This document shows positions 18,425-29,204 of a stretch of 64,000 nt of DNA, in pieces. A program made the translations under genes and the position numbers. Source of the stretch: Macrostomum lignano. Lineage: Eukaryota. Each line of letters begins with the position of its first letter. Within the stretch, counting starts at the first letter, position 1. Below the pieces are notes generated by a model. It had not been told where the DNA came from, searched no databases, and worked only from the letters and a program-made list of their open reading frames with translations. The stretch covers positions 12,725-76,724 of the forward strand of contig NIVC01000678.1 of the NCBI GenBank assembly GCA_002269645.1, given 5' to 3'.

Positions 18425-21190
18425 AAGGTAATGTTTCTCATGCTAAGTCGCCTGTTCGCCTGTGGATGAATCTTGCGGTGCATATCAGCGTTGTCTACTA
18501 TCAGTAGTCTAAAAAGCATGTCAATTGACATTTTCAGCAGGCATCGGTCGGTGTTTATCACTACAGTCGGCGGCTCCAGCCGCTTCGCTGCGAGTTCTGC
18601 GGCGGCGTCGGTCGGTTCTCCGACATTGTGTCGCTCAGCCGGCTGGCTGTCACTGACTACGAGGCCCTGTTAAACCGCGGCTGGCGTCGAAGCGCCGGCA
18701 GGGTGTACCGGCTGCGGCCGGACCTGACCTGCTGCGCCAAGTTCCCAATGCGTCACCTGGTCGATGCGTTCCGGCCTAGCCGGAGCCAGCGGCGCTGTCT
18801 AAGGCGATTCGCCAGCGCTCTGTTTGGCAGCGCGCCAGTTGGGCCCGCTGGTGATTCCGATTTGCCAACCGGAAGTGGAATCTTTTATCAAACCGGAAGC
18901 GGAACTATCTATCAAGCCGGAAGTAGAACCAACTACCAAACCGAAAGCGGAACCAACTATCAAACCGGAAGTGGAACCAACTACCAAACCGGAAGCGGAA
19001 CCAACTATCAAACTGGAAGTGAAACCAACTATCAAACCGGAAGTGAAACCAACTATCAAACCGGAAGTGGAACCAACTATCAAACCGGAAGTGGAACCAA
19101 CTATCAAACCGGAAGTGAAACCAACTATCAAACCGGAAGTGGAACCAACTATCAAACCGGAAGTGGAACCAACTACCAAACCGGAAGCGGAACCAACTAT
19201 CAAACTGGAAGTGAAACCAACTATCAAACCGGAAGTGAAACCAACTATCAAACCGGAAGTGAAACCAACTATCAAACCGGAAGTGAAACCAACTATCAAA
19301 CCGGAAGTGAAACCAACTATCAAACCGGAAGTGAAACCAACTATCAAACCGGAAGTGGAACCAACTATCAAACCGGAAGTGGAACCAACTACCAAACCGG
19401 AAGCGGAACCAACTATCAAACTGGAAGTGAAACCAACTATCAAACCGGAAGCGGAACCAACTATCAAACTGGAAGTGAAACCAACTATCAAACCGGAAGT
19501 GAAACCAACTATCAAACCGGAAGTGAAACCAACTATCAAACCGGAAGTGAAACCAACTATCAAACCGGAAGTGGAACCAACTATCAAACCGGAAGTGAAA
19601 CCAACTATCAAACCGGAAGTGAAACCAACTATCAAACCGGAAGTGAAACCAACTATCAAACCGGAAGTGAAACCAACTATCAAACCGGAAGTGGAACCAA
19701 CTATCAAACCGGAAGTGAAAATATTTTACATTTTATCAGCAGCCGGATGCGCCCCGGAAAGGCCCGCTACAAGCGCTGGTCAGCCGGACTCGATGCACTG
19801 CGCGCCCGAGCCGGCGCCCTCGGCCAATCCGCCGACGCTCTGCTCGCCGAGCGCGCCAACCGTTGGCGCCGTCGTCGCGAGCTTCGCCAGCGCCGCCAGT
19901 CGGCGCCCAGCCTAGCCGAACTCGTCGACCCGCTGATGATTGGCGGTCCAGGCGGCCGCGGTCGCCTCCTGTGGCGCCTGGTGCCGTCGGACAGTCAGCT
20001 GGCCATCAGCTCCGGACACGCCTGCTACTCCGCCTACCAGTGCGCCGTCCACGGCGACTCCCCGGCCGACTGCGGCGAGGCCAAGTTCCGCCGATTTCTC
20101 TGCCTCAGTCCGCTGGCGGCGGAGGCGGCGGAGGCTGAGACCGACGTCCAGTGGCCGAAGGGATCCCACCATTCCCAGCTGCTGCTGGATGGCCGCCTGA
20201 TCGGCGTTGACGTCATCGACATTCTTGACAGGTTTGTTGGCGGGGACAGAGCGACCACACTAGCAGCTGCCTCTGCCATTCTCAAAGCTGCCACTCAGCC
20301 TGTTAAAAACTCCCCTCAGCCCCTCATCTACACTGAGAATCGCCCCTCAACCACACTGAGAATCGCCCCTCAACCACACTGAGAATCGCCCCTCATCTAC
20401 ACTGAGAATCGCCCCTCATCTACACTGAGAATCGCCCCTCAACCACACTGAGAATCGCCCCTCAACCACACTGAAAATCGCCCCTCATCTACACTGAGAA
20501 TCGCCCCTCAACCACACTGAGAATCGCCCCTCATCTACACTGAGAATCGCCCCTCATCTACACTGAGAATCGCCCCTCAACCACACTGAGAATCGCCCCT
20601 CAACCACACTGAGAATCGCCCCTCATCTACACTGAGAATCGCCCCTCAACCACACTGAGAATCGCCCCTCAACCACACTGAGAATCGCCCCTCATCTACA
20701 CTGAGAATCGCCCCTCAACCACACTGAGAATCGCCCCTCAACCGCACTGAGAATCGCGCCTCAACCACACTCCCTCAGCACCGTCTCCTCCGCCTACTTC
20801 TTTTTCGACCCGGCCTTCAAGCGCCTGCAGCTGGGCAAGGTCAGCGCCCTGCTGCAGCTGCGCCGCCTGCAGGGACACCCGAGGCTGAGGCACTACACCA
20901 TGGGCTCATACTCCCCGCTGTCTGTTAAGCTGGCCTACAAGGCGGAGTTTCAGCCGGCGCAGATCATGTGCCCCATCGCTCTGCGCTGGCTTCCATTCGA
21001 CAGAGACTATCGCTGTCGGCTTGAGGCCGGTCAGCTCAGAGGTCTCTATGCCGACCTCGGGGGTGCCGATGATGACGCTGAGGTTGGCGACTCCTCGGAC
21101 TCTGACGGTGTTCGGCGGGCTGGGCTGCGCCGGTTCGCCAGACTGGCTGGGCAGCAGTGCGCCTCTCGCTTTCGGCTGCTTGTTGACTGA
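18419..21190 (+). CDS. ATE1: Arginyl-tRNA--protein transferase 1
   Basis: N-domain RCEFC..DYEALLNRGWRRSAG..TCC. C-domain KFRRFLCLSPL, GSHHSQLLLDGRLIGVDVIDIL|STVSSAYFFFDP, YTMGSY..KLAYK. Exons: possible 18419-18427, 18541-20231 (contains a repeat that may be an intron), 20779-21190. Confidence 0.92.
18868..19720 (+). repeat. 24-bp minisatellite CCGGAAGT(G/A)GAACCAACTATCAAA, in frame within the ATE1 ORF
   Basis: About 35 copies; translate as GS(G/E)TNYQT without a stop. Confidence 0.97.
20290..20770 (+). repeat. 23-bp intronic minisatellite CACTGAGAATCGCCCCTCA(TCTA/ACCA)
   Basis: Direct reading in ATE1 intron 20232-20778. Confidence 0.95.
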
Positions 21191-21204
21191 TGGAGGTCAG
21201 AGAT

Positions 21205-21690
21205 GGAAGAGAGAGGGTGTGAAGGGAGAGGGGGTGAAGAGAGAGGGGTGAAAGAGAGAGGGGTGAAGGGAAAGGGTGTGAAGGGAGAGGAGTGAAGGGA
21301 GAGAGGTGAAGGTAGAGGGGTGAAGGGAGAGGAGTGAAGGGAGAGGGGTGAAGGGAGAGGGGTGAAGGGAGAGGGTTGAAGGGAGAGGAGTGAAGGGAGA
21401 GGGTTGAAGGGAGAGGGGTGAAGGGAGAGGGGTGAATCGAGAGGAGTGAAGGGAGAGGAGTGAAGGGAGAGGGGTGAAGGGAGAGGGGTGAAGGGAGAGG
21501 TGTGAAGGGAGAGGCGTGAAGGGAGAGGGGTGAAGGGAGAGGAGTGAAGGGAGAGGGGGGAAGGGAGAGGGGGGAAGGGAGAGGGGTGAAGGGAGAGGGG
21601 TGAAGGGAGATATGGTGAAGGGAGAGGGTGTGAACGGAGAGGCGGGTGAACAGAGAGGCGGGTGAAGGCAGAGAGAGTGAAGAGACAGAA
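21205..21690 (+). repeat. Polypurine ~14-bp repeat GTGAAGGGAGAGGG downstream of the ATE1 stop
   Basis: Direct reading; strongly strand-asymmetric. Confidence 0.92.
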
Positions 21691-22121
21691 GATGAAGCGA
21701 TTCCCTAGTCAACATGGATTCATGCACAGCTTATTCCGGTTTTATCCAATGTGTTTGCAGTCCATACCGTCAAACTGATAGAGCTACAATGTAAATTCAT
21801 TAACAAAATCAATCAAAAAAATAATAAACGAAAGAAGAAATTAATATGTTGATTTTTACTATTTTAAAGCAACGAACAAAAGCGCTCATTTAAAAAAATG
21901 GTTTGTTATATTTCTCTTGTCTTCTTGACTTTCTATGAAATGCGCTACAAAGCCGGAAAAAATCAAATATCGAGCATGCAACTAAAAGCGATGATTTGGA
22001 AGCAATAAAGTTTATAAAACCATTGCAGCAGCTACAGCACTTCTATTGTGTAAAAAGTAACAAGCCGTAAATCACATTAATTGCCATTCTAGAAAGCGAC
22101 TACATTTCTGGGTGGGAAAAT

Positions 22122-22421
22122 CTGTCAGACTCCACAGCTTCCACCCCATAGATCTGTCAGACTCCACAGCTTCCACCCCATAGATCTGTCAGACTCCACA
22201 GCTTCCACCCCATAGATCTGTCAGACTCCACAGCTTCCACCCCATAGATCTGTCAGACTCCACAGCTTCCACCCCATAGATCTGTCAGACTCCACAGCTT
22301 CCACCCCATAGATCTGTCAGACTACACAGCTTCCACCCCATAGATCTGTCAGACTCCACAGCTTCCACCCCATAGATCTGTCAGACTCCACAGCTTCCAC
22401 CCCATAGATCTGTCAGACTCC
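22122..22421 (+). repeat. 32-bp minisatellite CTGTCAGACTCCACAGCTTCCACCCCATAGAT
   Basis: About 9 near-identical copies. Confidence 0.96.
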
Positions 22422-22444
22422 AGAACCCCGTCAGCAGAATACTC

Positions 22445-23226
22445 TCAGCGCAATGTCAGCGCCGGCTCGGTGCGCAAATCCCGAGCCCGTTGACGCCCAG
22501 TCGGTGGCTGCGCTCCCCCAGCCACACCAGCCACACCCGCCTGCCGCGCCCCCTCGCTTCGGAACGTGTCCAGCCTCGGCTGCACCGCGGCCAGCTTTCG
22601 GCTTTTAGGTTTGTTGCTGCTGCTGGTGTTGCAGAAATTGCTTGAGCCTCTGACAGGCTGCTGCTGTTGCCGGCGCAGAAGAACTGCTCCGTTTCCCAAG
22701 GCCAATTCGGTGACTTTGCTCTGCTGCTGCTGTTCCTGGCCTCCCTGGCGTTGAAAAATTCATGTATGATTGGTTAGCCATTTTTGATTGATTAGCTACA
22801 CAGCTACCTTTGAATGAGAATTTTTCTTAGTCATTTTCTTTACTTGCTACTTAGTGTGAGTAGTGTACTGGTCCATCAAGATCAGGCACTTTTCTTCAGT
22901 CAACTTTCGCCTTACCTGAGCAGCTCCGTCGAGTCTGTCAGCAGAGAACTTGTTGGTCAGCAGCTGCTGCACAGAGTCGCCAAATCTGTTGAGTTTTTGT
23001 AGGAAATTAAATGTGCAGGTACGAGGCCGATAGAACATCATGTACTTTAGTTATTGATACGACATTCCTTACTTGGTCTTGTTGCCATGGCAACGCTCGT
23101 GCCGCTGCTGCCGAATCAGTCCGCATTCAACAGTTCTGCGATTCGATTCGATGAAGTTTTTCTGCAGGCAGCGTTTTGGCCGAATGAGCAGCGACTGCAG
23201 GCTGGACTCGATGATGGAGCGGGAGT
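22445..23226 (-). CDS. Uncharacterised spliced gene, three exons, no start exon identified
   Basis: Exons 23226-23073, 22985-22916, 22744-22445 have GTAAG donors and CAG acceptors. Phases match (2, then 0) and give one open frame: ..SIIESSLQSLLIRPKRCLQKNFIESNRR..KTKFGDSVQQLLTNKF..GGQEQQQQ.. Confidence 0.6.
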
Positions 23227-23597
23227 CTGCGTGGGGTCGCGATGCTCACTGCTAATGTCATGACGACATGCAGTATTACATCAACAACAATTTTATATCA
23301 AAATATAATTTTACCTTTTTGGGTCCCAGTTGATTGGTCTATTTGGCCGGGTTCGCTCCGAATATCATCCATTTTTTCTGAAACAATTGACAGTCCATAA
23401 TTTGTGAGTTTTGTTTAAATGTGCTGGTCAGCTGATTCACACAAAACTATAAATGAAAATGACAAAATGACCTGGCACCTGGGGAAAATTGATTTAAATT
23501 TCTGATAGAGCCAATGATTTTAATTGCATTACTATTATATTTATAATCATAAAATAAATTTGTTTTAACTTTCCTAAAATATCTTATCACTATAATT

Positions 23598-25271
23598 TTG
23601 AAATTTTTTTCGTTGGAAACCGAAAAACAACGGAATCCAGAACTGGAAAAACGAAAAGAAACCGCAATGCAGGACTTGGTCATGCCTACAGGCACGACAA
23701 TCAGGTCACAGGAGACGCAAACGTCAAACAAGGTGGCGACTCCAAATGAACAAACAATGGAACCAGTTTGTACGATCCCGATGAGTGAAGCAAGCGTGAA
23801 GACAAACACGACCATAAGAAGGCGAACTATGGAGAACAAGATGGTCGAAATGAGAGCGAACACAACAATAGCGCCAAGACAAACCCTACGAATCTGGCCA
23901 ATGATTCTGATGGGACTGCTCATTTTTGCCGGAAGTTTCTGCGAAATCGAAGCGATGCAAACGGAAGGTACGCACACGCAATATGTGGACAGTCCAAAAT
24001 TTCGCACCGACATTGGAGCCCCCATAGCAATTCGGCTGCCGGAACAACAGGACTGCAAAATTCCAAAGGAAGGACAAGACGGACGGATAAAGCTTAAATT
24101 AACTTTACACGATGAGAACGCCGAGACACATAAAAGTGTCATGAAGATATGCCACAGAGAAGACTACAGTTTCACAGCGCAACTGTACAAAATCGCAGGA
24201 AAAACAGTATTCGTGGACTTGACAGTAGCGATTAAGCCACGAACAGTCACAGTGGAACAATGTAACTCGTGGAATGCAGGAGCTACAACAGAAGATGGAA
24301 CATTGGAAGAAGACCTCAAAGTGGATGGTCGCATCAGCCGATACTCTACGAAAAAATGGGTTCGAAATGACCTAGATAATCTGGCTAAGACCGGAGAGAA
24401 ATTAGAAATAACAGTCAGCACTGTGTTGACGAATGTACCATACTACGTTTCGGAAAATGGAATGAACTCGTTGTATGTGCCAGTAGACAAATGCAAATAC
24501 AAGGAGAGCAAGTGCCAACGGGACGAGAAAGCGGCAAATTTTAAAATATGGCCACTAGAACGCACTTTACCAGAACGACTTTGGTCAGTGACAAACTTCT
24601 ACGACAGAGAATATCGAGTGCGAGGTTCAAGACTGTACCAGATGGTATGGACAGTGCATGAACATTACCAATGCCAGTACCAGAAAGGACGACAACTGGT
24701 CGGATACATGCACACGGACTGGTTTCAATCGGAAGATATGACATACGTGCTAACCTTTCAGAGACCAGTAAAACTGAATGCATCATGTGCAGAAGACAAG
24801 TATACTTTATACAAGGCGGAAGCTCTAAGATTAGCTCGAGAAATCGCCAGACACAATCTACAGCAAGCACAAAAGCGAACGCACAAACAAGCCAACAAGG
24901 GGCGACAGCAAACGACTCTACAAGTAGGTGACAGAGTCATGCTACAAGAACCACTAAGAACTGCAAAACATCAACCACAATTTTCGGGACCGTATAGAGT
25001 GATTCGGAAACTCAACGAAACGAATGTAGCCATCCGATCGGAAGACAATAACAAGGAACCAATGCGGGTACACGTCGACAGATTAAAAAAGATGCAGAAC
25101 CCGGAGGAATCTGTTTTCTTGCCCGATTTCCAACCGACGGACCCCAGAAGAATGGCACTACAGCAGAGGAAGCCGCTATATAGAACAATTGGCACGCAAG
25201 TCTCGGATGAACTGGAAGAGCATCCCGCTCATGCATACAACTTGCGGAGCAGGGACAAAATCCAACACTAA
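23598..25271 (+). CDS. Retroelement ORF: hydrophobic signal-like segment + Cys-rich glycoprotein-like region fused to an integrase C-terminus
   Basis: IWPMILMGLLIFAGSFCEIEA, then a Cys-spaced ectodomain-like region, then REIARHNLQQAQ..LQVGDRVML..FSGPYRVIRKL..VHVDRLKK..YNLRSR. Confidence 0.75.
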   Translation: MKFFSLETEKQRNPELEKRKETAMQDLVMPTGTTIRSQETQTSNKVATPNEQTMEPVCTIPMSEASVKTNTTIRRRTMENKMVEMRANTTIAPRQTLRIWPMILMGLLIFAGSFCEIEAMQTEGTHTQYVDSPKFRTDIGAPIAIRLPEQQDCKIPKEGQDGRIKLKLTLHDENAETHKSVMKICHREDYSFTAQLYKIAGKTVFVDLTVAIKPRTVTVEQCNSWNAGATTEDGTLEEDLKVDGRISRYSTKKWVRNDLDNLAKTGEKLEITVSTVLTNVPYYVSENGMNSLYVPVDKCKYKESKCQRDEKAANFKIWPLERTLPERLWSVTNFYDREYRVRGSRLYQMVWTVHEHYQCQYQKGRQLVGYMHTDWFQSEDMTYVLTFQRPVKLNASCAEDKYTLYKAEALRLAREIARHNLQQAQKRTHKQANKGRQQTTLQVGDRVMLQEPLRTAKHQPQFSGPYRVIRKLNETNVAIRSEDNNKEPMRVHVDRLKKMQNPEESVFLPDFQPTDPRRMALQQRKPLYRTIGTQVSDELEEHPAHAYNLRSRDKIQH

Positions 25272-25924
25272 CAGCAACAGGAGGGTAGAGGGATAGTTCA
25301 GAATGGACTATCCATGGCGACGGACTTACCACCAAGCGAATTAGCAGACGAAAATGTACATGTACGAGGACGAGTTTGATTACGAGACCTACCATGGAGA
25401 AGATCTACGACGCTATCAATATTTTGAGATGAACTATTACTGTCCGCCAAATGGGATTATCAAGCAAGTTGAGTTAAGTCATAAAGAGACATCAAACTAT
25501 TGAATAACTACGACACAAAGCGCCTGCAGTAGAAAACAGTTTAGACAGACAAAGTTATTACACGTGAAGCAAAGTCATAGTATGAATGCCCATTCCACGT
25601 GCAAGTACCTTTAAGTGGGATTGCCTGGTCTCGACTAACACTGCGATCGAAGCGAGACAGTTTGCCTGACTAAGGGTATAGTTAGTAGAACCCTTGTGTG
25701 TCGTGTGACTGAACTTAGGCAGTAGTAAGGCACTAGGCCTTTAGATTAGCGGTGGGACATAGGCGTGAAAAGTGGACGCCAAGACGACAGCCCTAGCAAG
25801 AAAATCAACACTATCGCGAAGGAGCATAACTCAAATCAAATGACGTGATGAGGATATCCAGCACTGATCAAGACGCCATCATCTTCAGACCAGGAGTGGT
25901 CTGCGTTTCAACAAGGGGCGGATA

Positions 25925-26322
25925 TGAGCCATAAGAAAATGCTCATAAGTCTAGGAACGGGGATAGGCTAGGTCACCTGGTCGTGTCACCTGGTCGAGTC
26001 ACCTGGCGAGGCTGGACGGCAACGAGAGGACCCAATGTGAGCCTGGAGCGAGGGGACCAAAGTTATGAAGTAGGCCCCAACGTTGCGGACGCTAGCTTTT
26101 GTCTAAGACACCCAACGTAGCTCGGCTCGCACCATCAGCAGCAGCAGCATCAACGATCTCAGCAGTACGCAACAATCAGCCGATCGGCTCAGGACAGCAA
26201 GACCAGTTCAGCAGGAGTTCATTGTGCTTCCCAACGCTCAATTGTTTGCACAAGTGAAAGTTAGAAAAGTTTAGCCGGCTGAAATTGGCTTGCACTAAGA
26301 ACGCCTGAACGTCTGGTTCTCA
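25925..26322 (+). mobile_element. Putative 3' LTR (~398 bp, TGAG...CTCA)
   Basis: Inverted 4-bp termini preceded by a polypurine tract. The right end is inferred only from the terminus match. Confidence 0.55.
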
Positions 26323-27634
26323 CGAAAACTGCTGAGATCAGCGCCCAAGATCTGCGACATCGATACAGCTGCAACACTGGTGGAGCCGCCGAATGACGCA
26401 CAACGGCGGTGTCCGATTTCGCTGTTCACATGAAACTGGCACGCAGGCATCCAAACTTTCGCACCAAAAAAATAATTCCCAGACTTTCTTGCAATTGCGT
26501 TGATCTAGAACTCTTTTGCTACAATTGCTATTGGTTTGAAATAACGCTGACTGAGGCAAATTTTGTTGTATAAATATAAGTGCGGAAAAGTAGAAATGGG
26601 CCAACTTGCGAGCGAGCAAACTGGCTGCCTAACAACTATCGTTCGAACAAAAACTTGTGTTCTAAACTTTCGATTGAACAGTAAAGCCAGTAAAGTTGAA
26701 AGGCTAATTGAAATCAAAAGGAGGCGCAAGCAAACATATTTAGCCGCTTAACTCGACAGGCAACCTCCTATAATATCTATTCGTATAATATATATTATTT
26801 GTATAATATGTAAAATATTAACATATTAGATTTAAAATTATAAAGGACAGAATAGAAGTTGCTAGCTAAAATATAACCGACTAGATAAATTTCACCTATG
26901 ATAATAAATAAACATTACTTTTTTGCAGATGAATGATTCTTAGAAATATTGCTTTTTAGTATGTGCATCTCGTGCGTGTAGCTTTACCTCAGAGTCCTGA
27001 CCTTTTTAAATGAAGTTTAATTTTGCAATAAAAGATTCTCTGATTCTTTAAAAACTTAAAAGCACCCGCTCTGACCCCTAAAACGGTGGATTAGATTTCC
27101 GATTGCGATTGAACATCATTTATAAAAAAACTGCTTACTTGCTCAATGTTCTTCCCACGAGTCCCAGACGATAAAAGTGATTTAAGTGAATTGTAGCTCA
27201 TATGTTAAAATGATCGCATCTACGATATCACTTATGATGTGTAGTCGTATGTGTTCTAATTCATATGAAAGCTTTAAAATTTAAATTATGTTCATTACAT
27301 TAACTAAAATTTATTTTCTTGGAATTAGAGAGCCAAGCAGACTTAAGAATCTATTTGTTATACGAGTATTTCTTGTTCAAAAAATGATTAATTCTTATAA
27401 TTATCCGTAGATTTGGCATTTAGCTCGTACATGTACGAGCGTATGTTTTCAATCAGAAACGGCAATAATTATCTGCTTTGCAACTGATCGCTTGCGCCAG
27501 AAGTGTTCCATTCCATGAGTGTATAAAAAAATTTATAGTTTATTTAATTGATTTATTAACAATTCCAATCTGTGTTCAAACGAATCATGAAGAATGTGTA
27601 CACTGTATAGTATGTTGTACTACATTGTATACAC

Positions 27635-27955
27635 AACAACAACAACAACAACAACAACAGAATACACAGTCAGCGTCACAGTGCGCGCCTCAAGGCCAGG
27701 TCCCGAATGAACGCCACGCCGCCGGCCAAATCCGGGACGTCAGCCAGCAGGCAGTCGACGAAACGCCGAGTGCGCGCCTGCCCCCACCGGCAGGGTGTCT
27801 GCAGCGTCAGCAGCAGCACCTCCTGCACCGGCTCTGGGCAGTACGACTCGGCGCGGATGATGTGGTCTGCCAGCTGGAGTCGCCGACTGCGCAACAGGTT
27901 GCTTGGACCGACTAGGCCGGCGCAGTGATACAAAGCCGCGTTGGTCACTCGTTTT
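27635..27955 (-). mobile_element. 3' fragment of an RTE-like non-LTR retrotransposon with a (TTG)n tail
   Basis: RRLQLADHIIR..EPVQEVLLL..RTRRFVDCLLAD resembles the post-RT C-terminus of RTE-clade ORFs. (TTG)8 tail. A related copy lies at 57590-57855. Confidence 0.75.
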
Positions 27956-27959
27956 TAAT

Positions 27960-28565
27960 TCAGAAAAGGTGTAACGAGCGTGTCCTCCGCGAGGCAAAAG
28001 GCAGAAACGCTTTGCGGCATCCCCAGAGAATGAGGCGCCGCAGAAATCTTGAGGAAGACTCTGCCAGGCATCTGTAATGACATTTTGTGGCGGATTCTCC
28101 CGCTAAATTTTGCGCTTCAGAAAGTCCCAGACATGTTCGATCGGGTTCAATCATGTTCGATCGGGAAGACAATTTCCGTCCCCGAGTGCAATGAGATCCC
28201 AGCCCAGACATGTAAGCTGACTGACTGTCTGCACATTGCACACATGCTTCTGCAACCATCTTCTGCCCGAGGTTCTCGCCACACACGAGTGCGACCGTCG
28301 GCTCGGAAAAGGCGAAACCGGCCCTCGTCGGTGAAGACGACACACGCCATCACTGCTGCTGCCTCCAGTGAATGCGCTGCACAGCCCACTGCTCACAGCA
28401 GGCAAAATGAGCAGGAATTAGCCGCGATTGCTTGCGATGTTTCGGGAGTGCAGCCCGGCTTCTCGGAGACGCCGTCGGATGGTCTGAGCACTCAGGATGT
28501 TTCCTCGCCTGCTTTTCTCGCCCCATTAGACTGCTTACGACTCTTGACATCCTCTCAAATTGCAT
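27960..28565 (-). mobile_element. Degenerate Tc1/mariner transposase relic
   Basis: Frameshifted pieces LIPAH..QWA..HW..(W)..VVFTDEGRFRLFRADGRTRVWR..VWAGISLHSGTEIVF match the Tc1 region around the first catalytic Asp. Confidence 0.8.
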
Positions 28566-29204
28566 GATGTACGGGCGGACGTGTAGATCGACCTTCCATG
28601 ATTATGTACATCGGCTTAAAAGTACATGCCAAGAAATTACCCCCATGAAAGTTTCAACGGAAATGAATGTATTTTATTATTCCGAACAACGATCGGATTT
28701 ATTCAATTTATAACTCGAGTTCAAATTATCAAAGTCAAGCGAAAAAAACGCATGGCAGCTTGTAGGAATTTCCGCTCGATCAAATTCATCGACAGATTAA
28801 TTTTTGGTGTTCAATCAAAGAAAATGTAGAATCGTGTCAGTGTTGAACAACCCTTGCAAATTTAGAAGCGATCGCTAAGGAAGCCATCTGCCCTGACATG
28901 GGAGGCAAAACAAGTTATTTTTTATCCCAGATAGCACGAGACAGGAATTGGAGAAACGCTGGAGTGGCAGGTTGCGCTGGATGCAGCGTGACTGGCACAG
29001 ATTCTGGACTGTCAGGAAGATGGAGGCGGGGCCAAGCTGCTCCTTTGTTTCAGCTCACCGCCCCACCCCATGAGATCAGCAAACAGCAGCTGGAGAGCAT
29101 AAAAGCCGATGTGTCCGGCGCTGGCATCGATGCTGCGCTCCTTCGCCAACTAAGCGTCAACCTTCTCCTCAAGTCAGAAATAACTATTGGAGTCTCGAGT
29201 TGCT

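Larger units (their letters stand above)
23598..26322 (+). mobile_element. 5'-truncated Ty3/Gypsy-type LTR retrotransposon
   Basis: A-rich ORF ending in an integrase C-terminal GPY/F module. PPT-like AAGGGGCGGATA directly before TGAG at 25925. No 5' LTR found upstream. Confidence 0.8.

Noticed and set aside
22122-22421. Regular 32-bp repeats superficially like a CRISPR array
   Set aside because: Head-to-tail copies with no unique spacers, no cas genes, eukaryotic context. The same applies to all other arrays.
27423-27440. Perfect 18-bp palindrome GCTCGTACATGTACGAGC
   Set aside because: Isolated, built on a TACATGTA core that recurs elsewhere in the window; no associated structure.
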